Shown: positions 11,411-22,449, counted from the stretch's first letter. The stretch: DNA of 64,000 nt from Pseudomonadota bacterium (GCA_021325655.1 JAJPGT010000054.1:16124-80123), one strand, 5' to 3'. The notes: generated by a model not told the origin, from the letters alone. A program made the numbers and translations.

Positions 11411-12313
11411 ATGGCCGACGCGGAGATCACGGTCGTCGTGCTGACGTACAACTCGGAGGAGGTGGTCGGGCGCTGCCTGGAGGCGCTCCGGCAGGGCGGC
11501 GCTCGCGCATCCGTCGTCGTCATCGACAACGCGTCGCGCGATCGTTCCGTGGAGGTGGCCCGCGCCGCCTGCCCCGAGGCGGAGATCATCCAGACCGGGC
11601 GGAACCTCGGCTACACTGCCAACAATATCGGGCTGCAGCGGGCGCGCACGTCCTACGCGCTGATCCTCAATCCCGACGTGGAGCTGCGGCCCGGGGCGCT
11701 GCGGGCGTTGCTGGACTTTGCCAACGCCCACCCGCGCGCGGCACTGGTCGGCTGCCGGCTGCTCAACCCGGATGGCACCCTGCAGCACTCCTGCTTCCGC
11801 TTCCCCAGCCTGACCCAGGCGCTGGTCGGCTTCTTCCCGATCCTGCCGCTGGACTCGGAGCGCAACGGCCGCTACCCGCCGGGCGCCTACGAGCGGCCGC
11901 ACCCGGTGGAGCACCTGCTGGGCGCTTGCCTGCTGGTCCGGCTGGAGGCGGTGCGAGAGGTGGGGCTGCTGGACCCCCGCTTCTTCATGTACTTCGAGGA
12001 GACAGACTGGTGCTACCGCTTCCGCGCCGCCGGCTGGCAGGTGTGGTACACCCCGGACGCGACCGGGGTGCACCAGGGCGGGCACAGCACCCGCCGCGAC
12101 GCGGAGCGGATGTCGATCGAGTTCTATCGCAGCCAGCAGCGCTTCTACCGCAAGCACTACTCGCCCTGGCGCCGCCTGGCGCTGGCGCTGATCCGCCGGG
12201 TGGGGGTGGCCTGGTGGACGCTGCGCACTGCGCGGGCGCTGCTGCGTGGCCGGGTGGACCGCGAACTAGCCCGGCGCCGCTTCGCCAGCTACTGGCAAAT
12301 TGCCCGATTGTAG
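11411..12313 (+). CDS. family 2 glycosyltransferase
   Basis: ITVVVLTYNSEEVVGRCLEALR...VVVIDNASRD...ALILNPDVEL...FMYFEETDWCYR shows the GT2 (GT-A) DxD and ED motifs. The start is ATG 11411. Confidence 0.85.
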   Translation: MADAEITVVVLTYNSEEVVGRCLEALRQGGARASVVVIDNASRDRSVEVARAACPEAEIIQTGRNLGYTANNIGLQRARTSYALILNPDVELRPGALRALLDFANAHPRAALVGCRLLNPDGTLQHSCFRFPSLTQALVGFFPILPLDSERNGRYPPGAYERPHPVEHLLGACLLVRLEAVREVGLLDPRFFMYFEETDWCYRFRAAGWQVWYTPDATGVHQGGHSTRRDAERMSIEFYRSQQRFYRKHYSPWRRLALALIRRVGVAWWTLRTARALLRGRVDRELARRRFASYWQIARL

Positions 12314-12338
12314 CGCCCGGCGGCGCGTAACGTGCACC

Positions 12339-12758
12339 ATGCAGAGGAGCTTTCCGCTCGGAGGCACGGCCGTGCAGTTCACCTGGATCATTGCGCTCCT
12401 GTTCGCCATCCTGGTCGCCCTGTTCGCGGTGCAGAACACCACACCCGTCACTGTCTCGTTCCTGTTCTGGAGCGCCAGCCAGGTCGCGGTGGCGCTGGTC
12501 ATCATCGCCTCTGTCGCCGTTGGGGCGCTGATCACCATGCTGGCGAGCTTGCCGCGGCTGGTGCGCGGCCGGCTGCGCACGCGCGCGCTCCGCCGTGATC
12601 TGCGGCAGTACGAGCAGCGGATCGCGGAGCTCGAGGCGGAGCTGGAGCGCTATCGCAGCCGGCCGGCGGTGCGCGAGCTGCCGGCGCCGGGCGAGACGAC
12701 TAGCGGCCCTAGCGATACGCCGCCCACGCTCGGCTCCGACTTAGTTACGCCACGCTGA
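12339..12758 (+). CDS. LapA-domain (DUF1049-like) small membrane protein with coiled-coil tail
   Basis: Two TM helices (FTWIIALLFAILVALFAVQNTTPVTVSFLFWS...VALVIIASVAVGALI) are followed by a charged helix QYEQRIAELEAELERYR. The start is ATG 12339. Confidence 0.6.
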   Translation: MQRSFPLGGTAVQFTWIIALLFAILVALFAVQNTTPVTVSFLFWSASQVAVALVIIASVAVGALITMLASLPRLVRGRLRTRALRRDLRQYEQRIAELEAELERYRSRPAVRELPAPGETTSGPSDTPPTLGSDLVTPR

Positions 12759-12866
12759 GCGGCGGCCAGCCGGGGCCGCGGAGGCTACACTCCAGGCAGA
12801 TGGCTGGAGTGGCGAGGCATGCAATGATCCTGCTCGGCACCTTGTGCCTCGCGCCGGGGCGGCCCG

Positions 12867-15692
12867 ATGGCTGAAGGGCGCCCGGGGCGAACGCCGACGG
12901 CTGGCGTCGCCGAGCGCGACGGCCGGAACCGCAAGCCGCCAGTCCACCAGGACCCGCTGGCGGAACTGCGCGCCAGCGTCCGCTTCCTGGGCGAGCAGCT
13001 TGGTGAGGTCCTCAAGGAGCAGGGCGGCCCGGCGCTGCTAGAGACGGTGGAGCGGGTCCGCAAGACAGCGATCCGGCTCCGGGAGCGTCGCCAGGTGAAC
13101 CTGGCCGAGCTGGCCGAGCAGGTGGCGGCGCTGGACGCGGACACCACCTTCGCTGTCGTCCGCGCCTTCCACACCTATTTCCACCTGATCAACCTGGCGG
13201 AGCAGGAGCAGCGGCTGCGGACGCTCCGCGAGCGGGAGGCGGCGCTGGCGCCCCGGCCCCGGCACGAGTCGCTCGCGGAGGCGCTGCTGGCGGTGCGCGA
13301 CGCCGGGGTGCCGGCCGCGGCGGTGCGCGCCCTGCTCGGCCGGCTGGAGGTGCGCCCCGTCTTCACCGCGCACCCGACGGAGGTGCGCCGCCGGACCGTG
13401 CTCAACCACCTGCGCCGCATCGCCGCGCTCGTCGCCACCCTGGAAGGCACACTGCTGCGGCGGGATGAGCGGGCGATGCAGGTGGAGGCGCTCAAGGACG
13501 CGATCACCCTGCTCTGGCAGACCCAGGAGATCCGCGACCGCCGGCCGAGTGTGCAGGATGAGGCGGCCAGCGTCCTGCACACGGTGCTCCCAACACTGTT
13601 TGCCGCCGTCCCGCGCCTGTACCGCGACCTGGCGCAGGCGCTGGAGCTGGCCTATCCCCAGCGTCGGCTGGAGGTGCCGCTGTTCCTCCGCTTCGGCACC
13701 TGGGTGGGCGGTGACCGCGATGGCAACCCGAACGTCACTCCGGATGTCTCGGAGGCGACGATGGAGATGCAGCGCACGCTGGTGCTGGAGCGCTACGAGC
13801 AGGAGGCGGGCGAGCTGAGCCGGGTGCTGAGCAGCTCCGAGCGCCTGGTCGGCTGCTCCCAGGAGCTGCGCGTCTGGCTGGACGCCCAGGCCGCGACCCT
13901 GCCCGAGCTGGCCCGCGCGCTGGACGAACGCTACCCCGACCAGCCGTATCGGCGCGCCTTCGCCCTGATCGCGGAGCGGCTGCGCCGGGCGAGACTGGCT
14001 GCCGGCCAGCCCGGCGCCTATGCCGGGGCGGACGACCTGATCGCCGGCCTGCACGTGATCGAGCGGAGCCTGGAGGCACACCACGGCGCGCGGCTGGCGC
14101 GTGGGCCGGTGGGCGACTTCCTCTGCCGGGTCGCGGTGTTCGGCTTCCACGGCTTGGCGATGGACTTCCGCCAGCACAGCGCCCGCCACACCGCGGCGCT
14201 GGCGGAGCTGCTGGCGCCCCAGGGCGTGGCGGATTACGCCGGGCTGGATGAGTTGGCGCGCATCGAGCTCCTGCGCCAGGTGCTGCAACGCGGCTCGCGG
14301 CTGTGGGATCCTGAGCGGCCGTTGTCCGACGCGACCCGCGAGGTGCTGGAGACGTTCGCAATGCTGGCGCGGCTCCAGCGCCGGATGGGCGTAGCCGCCT
14401 GCGATACCTACGTCATTAGCATGACGCTGCGACCCAGCCACGTGCTCGAGGCGCTCGTGCTGGCGCGGGAAGCCCAGGTGCCGGTCTGTAAGATCGTCCC
14501 GCTGTTCGAGAGCATTGACGAGCTGCGCTCCTGCGGCGAGATCATGGACCGGCTGCTCGGTCTGCCTGAGTATCGCCGCCACGTGGCAGCTACCGGCGAT
14601 GTCCAGGAGGTGATGCTGGGCTACTCGGACAGCAACAAGCAGGGTGGCTTCCTCTGCTCGCTCTGGGCGCTGTACGGGGCCCACCGCGACCTGGCCGCCG
14701 TGGCAGCCAAGCACGGCGTGGCGCTGCGGCTGTTCCACGGCCGCGGCGGGGCGGTGGGCCGCGGTGGCGGCCCGATGGAGCGGGCGATCATGGCCCAGCC
14801 GCGCGGCAGCCTGAACGGCCGCTTCAAAGTGACCGAGCAGGGTGAGGTGATCTTTACCCGCTACGCCAACCCGCGCATCGCCCATCGCCACCTGGAGCAG
14901 GTAACCCAGGCAGTGATCCGCGCCAGCCTGGATCCGGCCGTCCTGCCCGGCCGGGCCGAGGCGGAGCCCGGCTGGGAGGCGCTGGTGGAGGAGCTGGCGC
15001 GGCGCGCCGAGCAGGCCTACCGCTCGCTGGTGTACGAAACGCCCGAGTTCCTGACGTTCTTCCGCCAGGCGACCCCGATCCAGGAGATCGCCCGGCTGAA
15101 CGCCGCCTCCCGCCCGGTGAGCCGTGGCGGCGGCCAGCACCTGGAGGATCTGCGCGCCATCCCCTGGGTGTTCTCCTGGACACAGATCCGCTGCAACCTG
15201 CCCGGCTGGTACGGGCTGGGCACTGCGCTCGGCTGGGCGGAGCGGGAGGGCCACCTGGAGACGCTGCGGGCGATGTACCAGCGCTGGCCCTTCTTCCGCA
15301 CGCTCGTCGACAACGCGGACTTCAGCCTGGGCACCGCGAGCCTGGAGGTGACCCGCCTGTATGCCGGCCTGGTCGAAGACGAGGCGATCCGGCGCAAGGT
15401 CTTTGGACGGATCGAGCGGGAATACCGCCAGGCGGCCCGGCTGGTGCCGGCGATCAGCGGCCACGAGCGGCTTCTGGGAGGCTCGCCGGTGCTCCAGCGC
15501 TCCGTCGCCCTGCGCAACCCCTACGTGGATCCGCTGCACTGCGCCCAGGTGGCGCTGCTGCGCCGCTGGCGCGGTACCTGCAGCCACGAGCAGGGGACGG
15601 CGGGGGCGGAGGATACCCGCTGCCAGGAGCTGCTCCGCGGTATCCTGCACACGATCAACGGCATCGCCGCTGGCGTCCAGGTAAGCGGGTGA
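12867..15692 (+). CDS. ppc: phosphoenolpyruvate carboxylase
   Basis: 941 aa with the PEPC signatures [32 protein letters not shown] and a C-terminal [11 protein letters not shown]. Confidence 0.95.
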   Translation: MAEGRPGRTPTAGVAERDGRNRKPPVHQDPLAELRASVRFLGEQLGEVLKEQGGPALLETVERVRKTAIRLRERRQVNLAELAEQVAALDADTTFAVVRAFHTYFHLINLAEQEQRLRTLREREAALAPRPRHESLAEALLAVRDAGVPAAAVRALLGRLEVRPVFTAHPTEVRRRTVLNHLRRIAALVATLEGTLLRRDERAMQVEALKDAITLLWQTQEIRDRRPSVQDEAASVLHTVLPTLFAAVPRLYRDLAQALELAYPQRRLEVPLFLRFGTWVGGDRDGNPNVTPDVSEATMEMQRTLVLERYEQEAGELSRVLSSSERLVGCSQELRVWLDAQAATLPELARALDERYPDQPYRRAFALIAERLRRARLAAGQPGAYAGADDLIAGLHVIERSLEAHHGARLARGPVGDFLCRVAVFGFHGLAMDFRQHSARHTAALAELLAPQGVADYAGLDELARIELLRQVLQRGSRLWDPERPLSDATREVLETFAMLARLQRRMGVAACDTYVISMTLRPSHVLEALVLAREAQVPVCKIVPLFESIDELRSCGEIMDRLLGLPEYRRHVAATGDVQEVMLGYSDSNKQGGFLCSLWALYGAHRDLAAVAAKHGVALRLFHGRGGAVGRGGGPMERAIMAQPRGSLNGRFKVTEQGEVIFTRYANPRIAHRHLEQVTQAVIRASLDPAVLPGRAEAEPGWEALVEELARRAEQAYRSLVYETPEFLTFFRQATPIQEIARLNAASRPVSRGGGQHLEDLRAIPWVFSWTQIRCNLPGWYGLGTALGWAEREGHLETLRAMYQRWPFFRTLVDNADFSLGTASLEVTRLYAGLVEDEAIRRKVFGRIEREYRQAARLVPAISGHERLLGGSPVLQRSVALRNPYVDPLHCAQVALLRRWRGTCSHEQGTAGAEDTRCQELLRGILHTINGIAAGVQVSG

Positions 15693-15846
15693 TCCCGCTC
15701 GCCCTCCGCCAGCCCGGCGAGCGGATGCGATGACCGGCAATTCAGAGCGCTAACGGGCATGTCCGGGGCTGCCGTGGTATGGCGGTTGCGGTGGTGCGCA
15801 GCAGCGCGCTCCATCAGCCGGCTGTGCTCGGCGGAAGTGGAGCGGT

Positions 15847-16074
15847 ATGGAGGAGCGCGGTGCGGGGCGGTCCATGGATCCGAGGGAAGCAGCGCAGCGG
15901 CAGATGCTCTTGAGCCGGGGCCGCGCGCTGACGGAGCGACGTGGCGAGCTGGTGCAGGCGCTGCTCCGTGAGCGGGCGCGGGAGCCCAGCGATCGGCAGC
16001 GCATTGCGCAACTGGAGGCCGAGATCGCTGCGCTTGATGCGGAGCTACGGGAGGTACGGCGGGCCTGGGGCTAG
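15847..16074 (+). CDS. hypothetical small coiled-coil protein
   Basis: 75-aa track ORF with a heptad-like charged helix (RQRIAQLEAEIAALDAELREVRR) and a GGAG a few nt upstream. No family recognised; it could be spurious. Confidence 0.25.
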   Translation: MEERGAGRSMDPREAAQRQMLLSRGRALTERRGELVQALLRERAREPSDRQRIAQLEAEIAALDAELREVRRAWG

Positions 16075-16137
16075 CCGGTCGGCTCGCCGTAGCCGCCTAC
16101 CCCCAGCGCCGGATCTCCGGCAGCGAGCCGCAGCGGC

Positions 16138-17478
16138 TCAGACGAGCGAGGCGTAGCGATCCACCTCCCACTGGGTGACCGTGTTGTGGTACTCGTGCCA
16201 CTCCTGCAGCTTCAGCGCGATGTAGCGGTCGGTGAACTCCTGCCCAAGCGCTTCGCGGATCACCGGGTCCGCGTCCAGCGCTTCCAGTGCCTCCTTCAGC
16301 GTTGACGGCAGCAGCGTGATGCCCCTCTCGCTGAGCTGCCGTGGCCCCAGCGAGTAGATGTTCAGATCGTTGCGCTGGCCGGGGTCGAGCCGCCGGTTGA
16401 TGCCGTCCAGCCCGGCCGCCAGGATGGCAGCGGTGGCCAGGTAGATGTTGCAGGAGGAATCGACCGTGCGGTTCTCGACGCGCCCCGGCCCCGGCACTCG
16501 CAGCATCTGCGTCCGGTTGTTCCCGCCGAAGACCACCGCCACCGGAGCCCAGGTGGCGCCGGACTCGGTCGGCACCGCGATCAGCCGCTTGTAGGAGTTG
16601 ACCGTCGGCCCGGTCAGGGCGCTGACGGCCCGGGCGTGCGCGAGCAGCCCGCCGATGAAGTGGTAGGCGAGCGGCGAGAGTCCGAGCTCGTCCTGCTCGT
16701 CCAGGAAGAGGTTGCGGCGACCGGTCTCGGCGTCCCACAGGCTCAGGTGGGTGTGCGCCCCGTTGCCGGTCTTGTTCGCCCACGGCTTCGGCATGAAGCA
16801 GGCCTGGGCGCCGATCTCCTGCGCCAGCGTCTGCGCCATGTACTTGAAGAAGACGTAGCGGTCGCAGGTGGTGAGACACTCGGTGTAGGTGAAGTTGATC
16901 TCGAACTGCGCGTTCGAATCCTCGTGGTCGGTGGCGTAGACGTCCCAGCCCAACTCCTGCATATAGCCGATCAGCCGCTGCAGGAAGTCGAGCGAGCGGG
17001 TGATCCCGCGCATGTCATAGCAGGGGCGGCTGAGCGTGTCCGCGGCGTCGAACGGCTCGATCCCGTGGTCGGTCCGCCGGACTAGATAGAACTCCGGCTC
17101 GACCCCCATGTTCAGGATGTAGCCCTGCTGCCGCGCCTGCTCCCGCACCCGCTTCAGGATCGAGCGACTGCACAGGAACGACGGCCGGCCATCCTGGTAC
17201 ACGTCGGAGGCGAAGCGAGCGGTGTTCGGACGCCAGGGCAGGACGGTGAGCGTGTCCCAGTCGGGAATCGAGGCCATGTCGCCCTCGTGCGGCCCGCTGC
17301 CCAGGCCGTATGTGGCGAACCCCTGGAAGAAGGCGCCGCCGTCCGGTGGGACAAGGTCCATGATGTGCTCGACCGGTACCAGCTTGGCGCGCGGCACCCC
17401 GAACAGGTCGACACACTGGGCGAAGAGGAACTGAACCCCGCGCTCGCGGAGGGCAGCGGCAGCTTCGTAGACGTCCAT
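16138..17478 (-). CDS. glutamine synthetase family protein (type I-like; GlnA3/gamma-glutamyl-amine ligase-like)
   Basis: 446 aa with an N-terminal beta-grasp ([18 protein letters not shown]), a catalytic core ([41 protein letters not shown]) and no adenylylation-loop Tyr context that I could see. Confidence 0.9.
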   Translation of the reverse strand: MDVYEAAAALRERGVQFLFAQCVDLFGVPRAKLVPVEHIMDLVPPDGGAFFQGFATYGLGSGPHEGDMASIPDWDTLTVLPWRPNTARFASDVYQDGRPSFLCSRSILKRVREQARQQGYILNMGVEPEFYLVRRTDHGIEPFDAADTLSRPCYDMRGITRSLDFLQRLIGYMQELGWDVYATDHEDSNAQFEINFTYTECLTTCDRYVFFKYMAQTLAQEIGAQACFMPKPWANKTGNGAHTHLSLWDAETGRRNLFLDEQDELGLSPLAYHFIGGLLAHARAVSALTGPTVNSYKRLIAVPTESGATWAPVAVVFGGNNRTQMLRVPGPGRVENRTVDSSCNIYLATAAILAAGLDGINRRLDPGQRNDLNIYSLGPRQLSERGITLLPSTLKEALEALDADPVIREALGQEFTDRYIALKLQEWHEYHNTVTQWEVDRYASLV

Positions 17479-17678
17479 CGGGCCTCCCCCAAATACCGCG
17501 TCGCGGGCGGGCGCCGCCCGCGGTGGGGCTGATCGTATAGCGGCCCAGGCCGTCCGTCAATCCGCCCAACAGCCCCGGGTGTGCCCCGTTTCTGTAGACC
17601 TGGACGGGTGGTGCCGCCAGGATGCGGACCGCCCGCTGGCGGAGCTGGCCTGGCTGGGGCGCATCGCCCCCATTCTGG

Positions 17679-18124
17679 GAGGGCATTCAGAAATTGAGAC
17701 TGGATCCTGGGCAACGCGATCCGACCGATGCCGAGTGGCGCTCGTGGAGCCGCTGCCCAAGCGGCGGGGGCCTGGACGGCCGCGGCGGGTCGACTTGCGG
17801 CTGGTGCTGAACGCCCTGTTTTACCTGACCCGCACCGGCTGCCAGGGGCGGCTGCTGCCGCGCGACTTCCCGTACTGGGCGACCGTCTGCTACTACTTCG
17901 ACCGATGGACCGCCGGCACCGGGGAGCGCCTGAACGACGCCTTGCGGGAGCAACTGCGCGTCCAGGTTGGCTGACACGCCCAGCCGAGTGCGGCCATCCT
18001 GGACAGCCAGAGCGCCAAGACGACCGAGGTGGAGGCCTGTAGCGCCGCCTACCTGTACCTGGCCTCGATCCGCCTCTTGACAATGCGTCTATCCTGTGCA
18101 ACTGCATGATTTCTGAACACCCTC
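17679..18124 (+). mobile_element. decayed, internally deleted IS5-family (DUF4096-type transposase) element with recognisable terminal inverted repeats
   Basis: IRL is GAGGGCATTCAGAAAT (17679-17694). The reverse complement of IRR, GAGGGTGTTCAGAAAT (18109-18124), matches it at 14/16 positions. Between them lie transposase fragments: TDAEW (one frame), then [57 protein letters not shown], an in-frame TGA (17972), then PSAAILDSQSAKTTE joined directly to a C-terminal-like AAYLYLASIRLL. The DDE core is missing. Confidence 0.7.
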
Positions 18125-18600
18125 TGATAGTCCCTGTGATCGCGGCGATCATCATCGACCTGTTCTTCTTCCCGGGTATGGCCCTGTTCTGCGAGAACTG
18201 GAAGCACGAGCTGCCGCCCAGCCCTACTCCGAGTCCCGCTCCGGGCCCCACCCCGACCCCTCCGGCAGGTGTCTGACGTGCCGAGGGCCGGCTGCTGGCA
18301 GCCCGCCGCGCAGCTAGGCTCTGCGCGCAAAGCGGGTCGGCCCTCGCCACCTCGATCTGATCACCGATGCCGCGGCACTGGGGGCGCCGAGGTAGCTGGT
18401 CAGCCGTGCCCACGACGATTGCAAAAGGTGGTGTCGGAGCCGGCCGTGGTCAGGTATCGATCCCGCTCACCCTGCCCTACATATGGTTCCTGAGCGCCGA
18501 TAGCACTCTCGCGCCTCGCAACGTCCAGTGAGGGCCTCAACAGCGCCTGGTCACGGCGGGGATGGACCTTATTGTTGGGTAGGGGCAGCGGGGCCTGGCG

Positions 18601-19356
18601 CTATGCTCCGCTGGCTTCGGCGATGCGGCGGTCCAGGTCGGCCACCCCGGGCTGGTCGCCGGCGGCCAGCTTGTAGCAGCGCTCGACGTACAGGGCGCTG
18701 AGCTGGGTGGCGCGCTGGCCCGGCTCGCGGGCGATCCGAAGCAGCTCGTCCACCCTGTACTCAGCGTCCAGCCGGCGGCCCACCCGCTCGATCTCCGCGG
18801 CCGTCTCGCGGGCCAGCGCCACGTCGCCCCCTTCCACTGCGTAGCGCAGGGTGCCCAGCGCCCGGGCCAGCCGCTCGACCTTCTCCGTCGGGGTCATCAC
18901 TTCGAGCAGGATCTCGTCCACGTCCAGGTCGCCGGCCAGCTCGCGGGCGGGCTCCGGCTCAGGAGCCGCCTCCAGGCGGGCTTTGGCCTCGGCGTAGAGC
19001 GTGGCGTAGCGCTCGCTCGCTTCCGAGACGGCCAGCATCAGCCGGTGCAGGTCGCTGGTAGGCAGGGCACCACCGTCGAGCAGGTCGTCGCCGCGCTGCT
19101 GGGCCAGCCGCCGCAGGTACTCCTGGCTCTCGACCGCCTCGGGGAATGGGGGCAACGGGTAGACGTTCGGGAAGCCGGGCAGCGCGCCACTGGGAAGCTG
19201 CGCGGCGAGCACCGGTGGGATGAACTTGGACATGTCCATCAGGATCGGCGGGACCACCAGGTAGGTGGCCCAGACCCGCACTGGGTCGGACGGGTCGCGG
19301 AAGTACAGCAGCGCGTGACCGCGCGGGGCGCTGGGATCGCCAAGCTCGAACTGCAT
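18601..19356 (-). CDS. hypothetical protein
   Basis: Track ORF 18601..19572, trimmed to ATG 19356 (MQFELGDPSAPRGHALLYFRD...). Its composition is coding-like and non-repetitive, with an alpha-helical C-terminal half. No family recognised and the start is uncertain. Confidence 0.5.
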   Translation of the reverse strand: MQFELGDPSAPRGHALLYFRDPSDPVRVWATYLVVPPILMDMSKFIPPVLAAQLPSGALPGFPNVYPLPPFPEAVESQEYLRRLAQQRGDDLLDGGALPTSDLHRLMLAVSEASERYATLYAEAKARLEAAPEPEPARELAGDLDVDEILLEVMTPTEKVERLARALGTLRYAVEGGDVALARETAAEIERVGRRLDAEYRVDELLRIAREPGQRATQLSALYVERCYKLAAGDQPGVADLDRRIAEASGA

Positions 19357-19549
19357 GGTGCCGAATTGTACGTCGCCACCACTGGCAGCATCATCCTTAG
19401 CGGTCGTCGCGACGGCCGTGGCGGTGCTGGTTCTGTCTCCCTGAACCGCCAGGTGGGGCAACGCGATGCCTGCCGTGCTCGGCGCAATCCGGGATAGTTG
19501 TAGCGAGGGCCGCGCCCGGCGCCGGCCCCGATCCTCTCTGGAGGCCGAG

Positions 19550-20581
19550 ATGGCAGACGCGCAGTCCAGCACTGGCAGGCCGCCCGTCCACCCGCGCCAA
19601 GCGCGGATCGGCTACGTCCTGTCACACGAACAGTTCCCGCCCCGGCAGATCGTCGCCAACGCCATCGCTGCCGAGCGAGCCGGCTTCGACGAAGTCTGGG
19701 CCAGCGATCACTTCCACCCCTGGATGGACAACCAGGGCCATGCCGGGCACGCCTGGGTGACGATGGGCGCCTACGGCCAGCACACCACCATCCGCATGGG
19801 CACCGGCGTCACCTGCCCCAGCTTCCGCTACCGCCCGGCCGAGGTGGCGCAGGCGTTCGCCACGCTCGGATCGCTCTACCCCGGGCGGGTGTTCCTGGGC
19901 ATCGGTGGCGGCGAGGCGGTCAACGAGGTCGCCGCGGGCGGTGGCTGGGGCAGCTACCGCGAGCGCGCCGCCCGGATGGCCGAGGCGGTTCGCCTGATCC
20001 GGCGGCTGTGGACCGGCGAGTGGGTGCAGTCGGACGGTCCGTACTACCCGATCCCCAACGCGAAGATCTACGACCTGCCCGAGCAGCCGGTGCCGATCTA
20101 CCTCGCCGCCAGCGGCCCGAACAGCGCCCGGCTGGCGGGTGAGCTGGGCGACGGCTGGATCACCGTGATGGACTCCGCACTGGACCCGAAGCTGCACGCG
20201 GCCTTCGCCGACGGCGCGCGCGCCGCGGGCAAAGATCCCTCCGCCCTGCCGATCCTGGTCGAGCACTACGTCGTCGTCGGTGGCAGGGCAGAAGCGGAGG
20301 AGGCGGCGCGCCTCTGGCGCTTCAATCCGATCGGCTTCAGCCTGGCCTCGGAGCCCGATCCGCGCAAAATCCTCCAGGCAGCGGAGGAGCAGGTCACGCT
20401 CGAGCAGGCCTACAGCCGCTGGCCGGTGAGCGACGATCCCGAGGTGCACGTGCAGGCGATCCGGCGTTTCCTAGACGCCGGGGTCACGGACGTGTTCATC
20501 CACAGCGGCCAGATGGACCAGCAGCGCGTGATCGACTTCTATGGCCGGGAGGTGCTGCCCCGGCTCCGCGCCGTGGCGTAA
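19550..20581 (+). CDS. LLM-class F420-dependent oxidoreductase (F420-dependent glucose-6-phosphate dehydrogenase-like family)
   Basis: IGYVLSHEQFPPRQIVANAIAAERAGFDEVWASDHFHPW...GTGVTCPSFRYRPAEVAQAFATLGSLYPGRVFLGIGGGEAVNE follows the FGD/LLM TIM-barrel pattern. The start is ATG 19550 after GGAGG. Confidence 0.85.
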   Translation: MADAQSSTGRPPVHPRQARIGYVLSHEQFPPRQIVANAIAAERAGFDEVWASDHFHPWMDNQGHAGHAWVTMGAYGQHTTIRMGTGVTCPSFRYRPAEVAQAFATLGSLYPGRVFLGIGGGEAVNEVAAGGGWGSYRERAARMAEAVRLIRRLWTGEWVQSDGPYYPIPNAKIYDLPEQPVPIYLAASGPNSARLAGELGDGWITVMDSALDPKLHAAFADGARAAGKDPSALPILVEHYVVVGGRAEAEEAARLWRFNPIGFSLASEPDPRKILQAAEEQVTLEQAYSRWPVSDDPEVHVQAIRRFLDAGVTDVFIHSGQMDQQRVIDFYGREVLPRLRAVA

Positions 20582-20720
20582 CCGTCTCAGCGGCCGGCTC
20601 GGCAGAGGAGAGCGAAGCGGAGGAGGAGCGCCGCCAGCCGTGGCGGGGAGGCGCATGACCGAGTGCTCCGCCAACGCGGGATCATCGGGCAGCGACAATC
20701 AGAAAGCACGGGAGGAGAGC

Positions 20721-21464
20721 ATGGAGCTTCGTGACCGGGTGGCGCTGGTTACCGGTGGCGGCACCGGATTGGGGCGGGCGATCTCGCACGAGCTGGCCCG
20801 GCGCGGCGCCCACGTGGCCGTGGTCTATTCGCGCTCACAGGCCGAGGCGCTGGCGACCGCGGGGGAGCTGCGCGACCTGGGGGTGCGCGCCGAGGCGCTG
20901 CAGGCGGACGTCTCGGACAGCGCGGCGGTGCGGCGAGTGGTGGCGCAGACCCTGGAGCGGTTCGGCCGGCTGGACGTGGTGGTCAACGACGCCGGCACCA
21001 CCAAGTTCGTCCCCTTTGCCGACCTGGAAGGGATCAGCGACGAGGATTGGGACCGGATCATGGCGGTAAACGCCAAGGGTCCCTGGCTGGTAGCGAAAGC
21101 GGCGGCAGCGGCGTTGCGCGAGCGTCAGGGCTCCATCGTCAACATCGCCTCCATCGCCGGCCAGGTCCCTTCCGGCTCCAGTCTGGCCTACGCGGTCTCC
21201 AAAGCGGCGCTCATCCACCTCACCACCTGCCTCGCCCGGGCGCTGGCCCCCGACGTCCGGGTCAACTGCATCGCCCCGGGCCTGTTCGTCACCCGCTGGA
21301 CCGCCGGGTTCTCCGAGGAGCAGATGCAGGCGATGATCCAGCGCTCTCTGTTGAAGCGGACCGTCTCGCTGGAGGATCTGGCCCGGATAACGGTGGAGGT
21401 CGCCTGCAACGACGGCATGACCGGCGAAACGGTGGTCGTGGATACAGGGCTGCGCTGGGCCTAG
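20721..21464 (+). CDS. SDR family oxidoreductase
   Basis: Contains VALVTGGGTGLGRAI (TGxxxGxG), NDAG and YAVSKAA (YxxxK). The start is ATG 20721 after GGGAGGAG. Confidence 0.9.
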   Translation: MELRDRVALVTGGGTGLGRAISHELARRGAHVAVVYSRSQAEALATAGELRDLGVRAEALQADVSDSAAVRRVVAQTLERFGRLDVVVNDAGTTKFVPFADLEGISDEDWDRIMAVNAKGPWLVAKAAAAALRERQGSIVNIASIAGQVPSGSSLAYAVSKAALIHLTTCLARALAPDVRVNCIAPGLFVTRWTAGFSEEQMQAMIQRSLLKRTVSLEDLARITVEVACNDGMTGETVVVDTGLRWA

Positions 21465-21482
21465 CGCGCACGGAGCTCGCGG

Positions 21483-21989
21483 CTAGCGGTTCCTCGTCGT
21501 CCAGTCGAAGCCGATGCGGGGGTCGTCGAAGGGCAAGCGCTCCTCGTCGGGCGCAGCCGGGTTGTACGGCTCGGTGGTGTGGTAGAACAGTGCCACCGGC
21601 TGGGTGCCCAGCACTCGGTAGCCGTGGGCGACGCCGGCAGGGATGGCGAGCAGCGCTCGGTTGTGCTCGCCCAGGTAGAACACGTTCGTCTCCCCATAGG
21701 TCGGCGAGTCTTCGCGCAGGTCGTACAGCACCGCCTGCGCCATCCCGCTGGCAACGAACCAGAGGTCGTCCTGGCGGCGGTGCCAGTGGAAGGCCTTGAT
21801 CACCCCCGGGTAGGTGATGGTGAAGCTGGTCTGGCCGAACTTGCGATAGAACGGATCGTCTGCCCGCAGCACCTCCATGAAGATCCCGCGGTCGTCCGGG
21901 TGCACGATCAACTGCTTGAGCGCCACGCCCTCGATCACCGCCGCTCCCTTACCCGGCTCCGAGGCCGGTTCTCCTGCCATGCCCGGCAT
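21483..21989 (-). CDS. dTDP-4-dehydrorhamnose 3,5-epimerase-like cupin
   Basis: HPDDRGIFMEVLR...QTSFTITYPGVIKAFHWHRRQDDLWFV...AIPAGVAHGYRVLG matches the RmlC-fold pattern. The start is ambiguous between ATG 21989 and ATG 21980. Confidence 0.75.
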   Translation of the reverse strand: MPGMAGEPASEPGKGAAVIEGVALKQLIVHPDDRGIFMEVLRADDPFYRKFGQTSFTITYPGVIKAFHWHRRQDDLWFVASGMAQAVLYDLREDSPTYGETNVFYLGEHNRALLAIPAGVAHGYRVLGTQPVALFYHTTEPYNPAAPDEERLPFDDPRIGFDWTTRNR

Positions 21990-22131
21990 GGCAGCGTGCC
22001 GGCAGCATTCTAGCCTCGCCGCTCCCTCGTCGGCCCAGGCTGTAACCATGCTGGAGGCGAATACGGGGTGGAGCGCAGCCCGCCGGGCGGCCCTGTGGTC
22101 GTCCGGAAGTGGCCGCCCAGCGGGCGTTGGA

Positions 22132-22449
22132 TCAGCTCGCTTCGAGCTCGTTCAGGAACGCCGGCTTCTGGTCCCAGCCCAGCGAGTCGAGATCGTCGCA
22201 CGATTGCGCCAGGAACAGGCACCCCTCCGTGGCGTCCTGGATCGCGCTCAGGGGAATGTAGAGGTGCTTGCCGAGGCCCAGGAAGCCGGTCTTCACCTCG
22301 ACGATGTCCTCACGCGGCTCGCCCGCCGCGGCATCGCCAACAGTGGCAAACTCGTGTCGATAGACGTGGGCAACCGTGCCGACCTTCTTCCCGTCGCGGT
22401 CGCACACGTCCATGTCTGGCTGGATGCGTCCAAGATACCGATCCTGCAT
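22132..22449 (-). CDS. DUF2171 (PRC-barrel-like) small protein
   Basis: MQDRYLGRIQPDMDVCDRDGKKVGTVAHVY...LGKHLYIPLSAI follows the DUF2171 pattern. GGAGGG lies 8 nt upstream of ATG 22449. Confidence 0.6.
   Translation of the reverse strand: MQDRYLGRIQPDMDVCDRDGKKVGTVAHVYRHEFATVGDAAAGEPREDIVEVKTGFLGLGKHLYIPLSAIQDATEGCLFLAQSCDDLDSLGWDQKPAFLNELEAS

Noticed and set aside
17579-17974. Track ORF 17579..17974 considered as an intact small transposase gene (OrfA of a frameshifting IS).
   Set aside because: The upstream part of this ORF lies outside the inverted repeat. The N-terminal TDAEW motif is in a different frame because of a 1-nt deletion. The DDE-encoding part is absent, so it is treated as part of a decayed element rather than a functional CDS.
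18106-18276. 56-aa ORF (MISEHPLIVPVIAAIIIDLFFFPGMALFCENWKHELPPSPTPSPAPGPTPTPPAGV) that starts inside the right inverted repeat of the IS remnant.
   Set aside because: It is below the track size cut-off, and its ATG is contributed by the IS end with no RBS. It may be the 3' remnant of a membrane-protein gene disrupted by the insertion, but one TM helix plus a Pro-rich tail is too little evidence.
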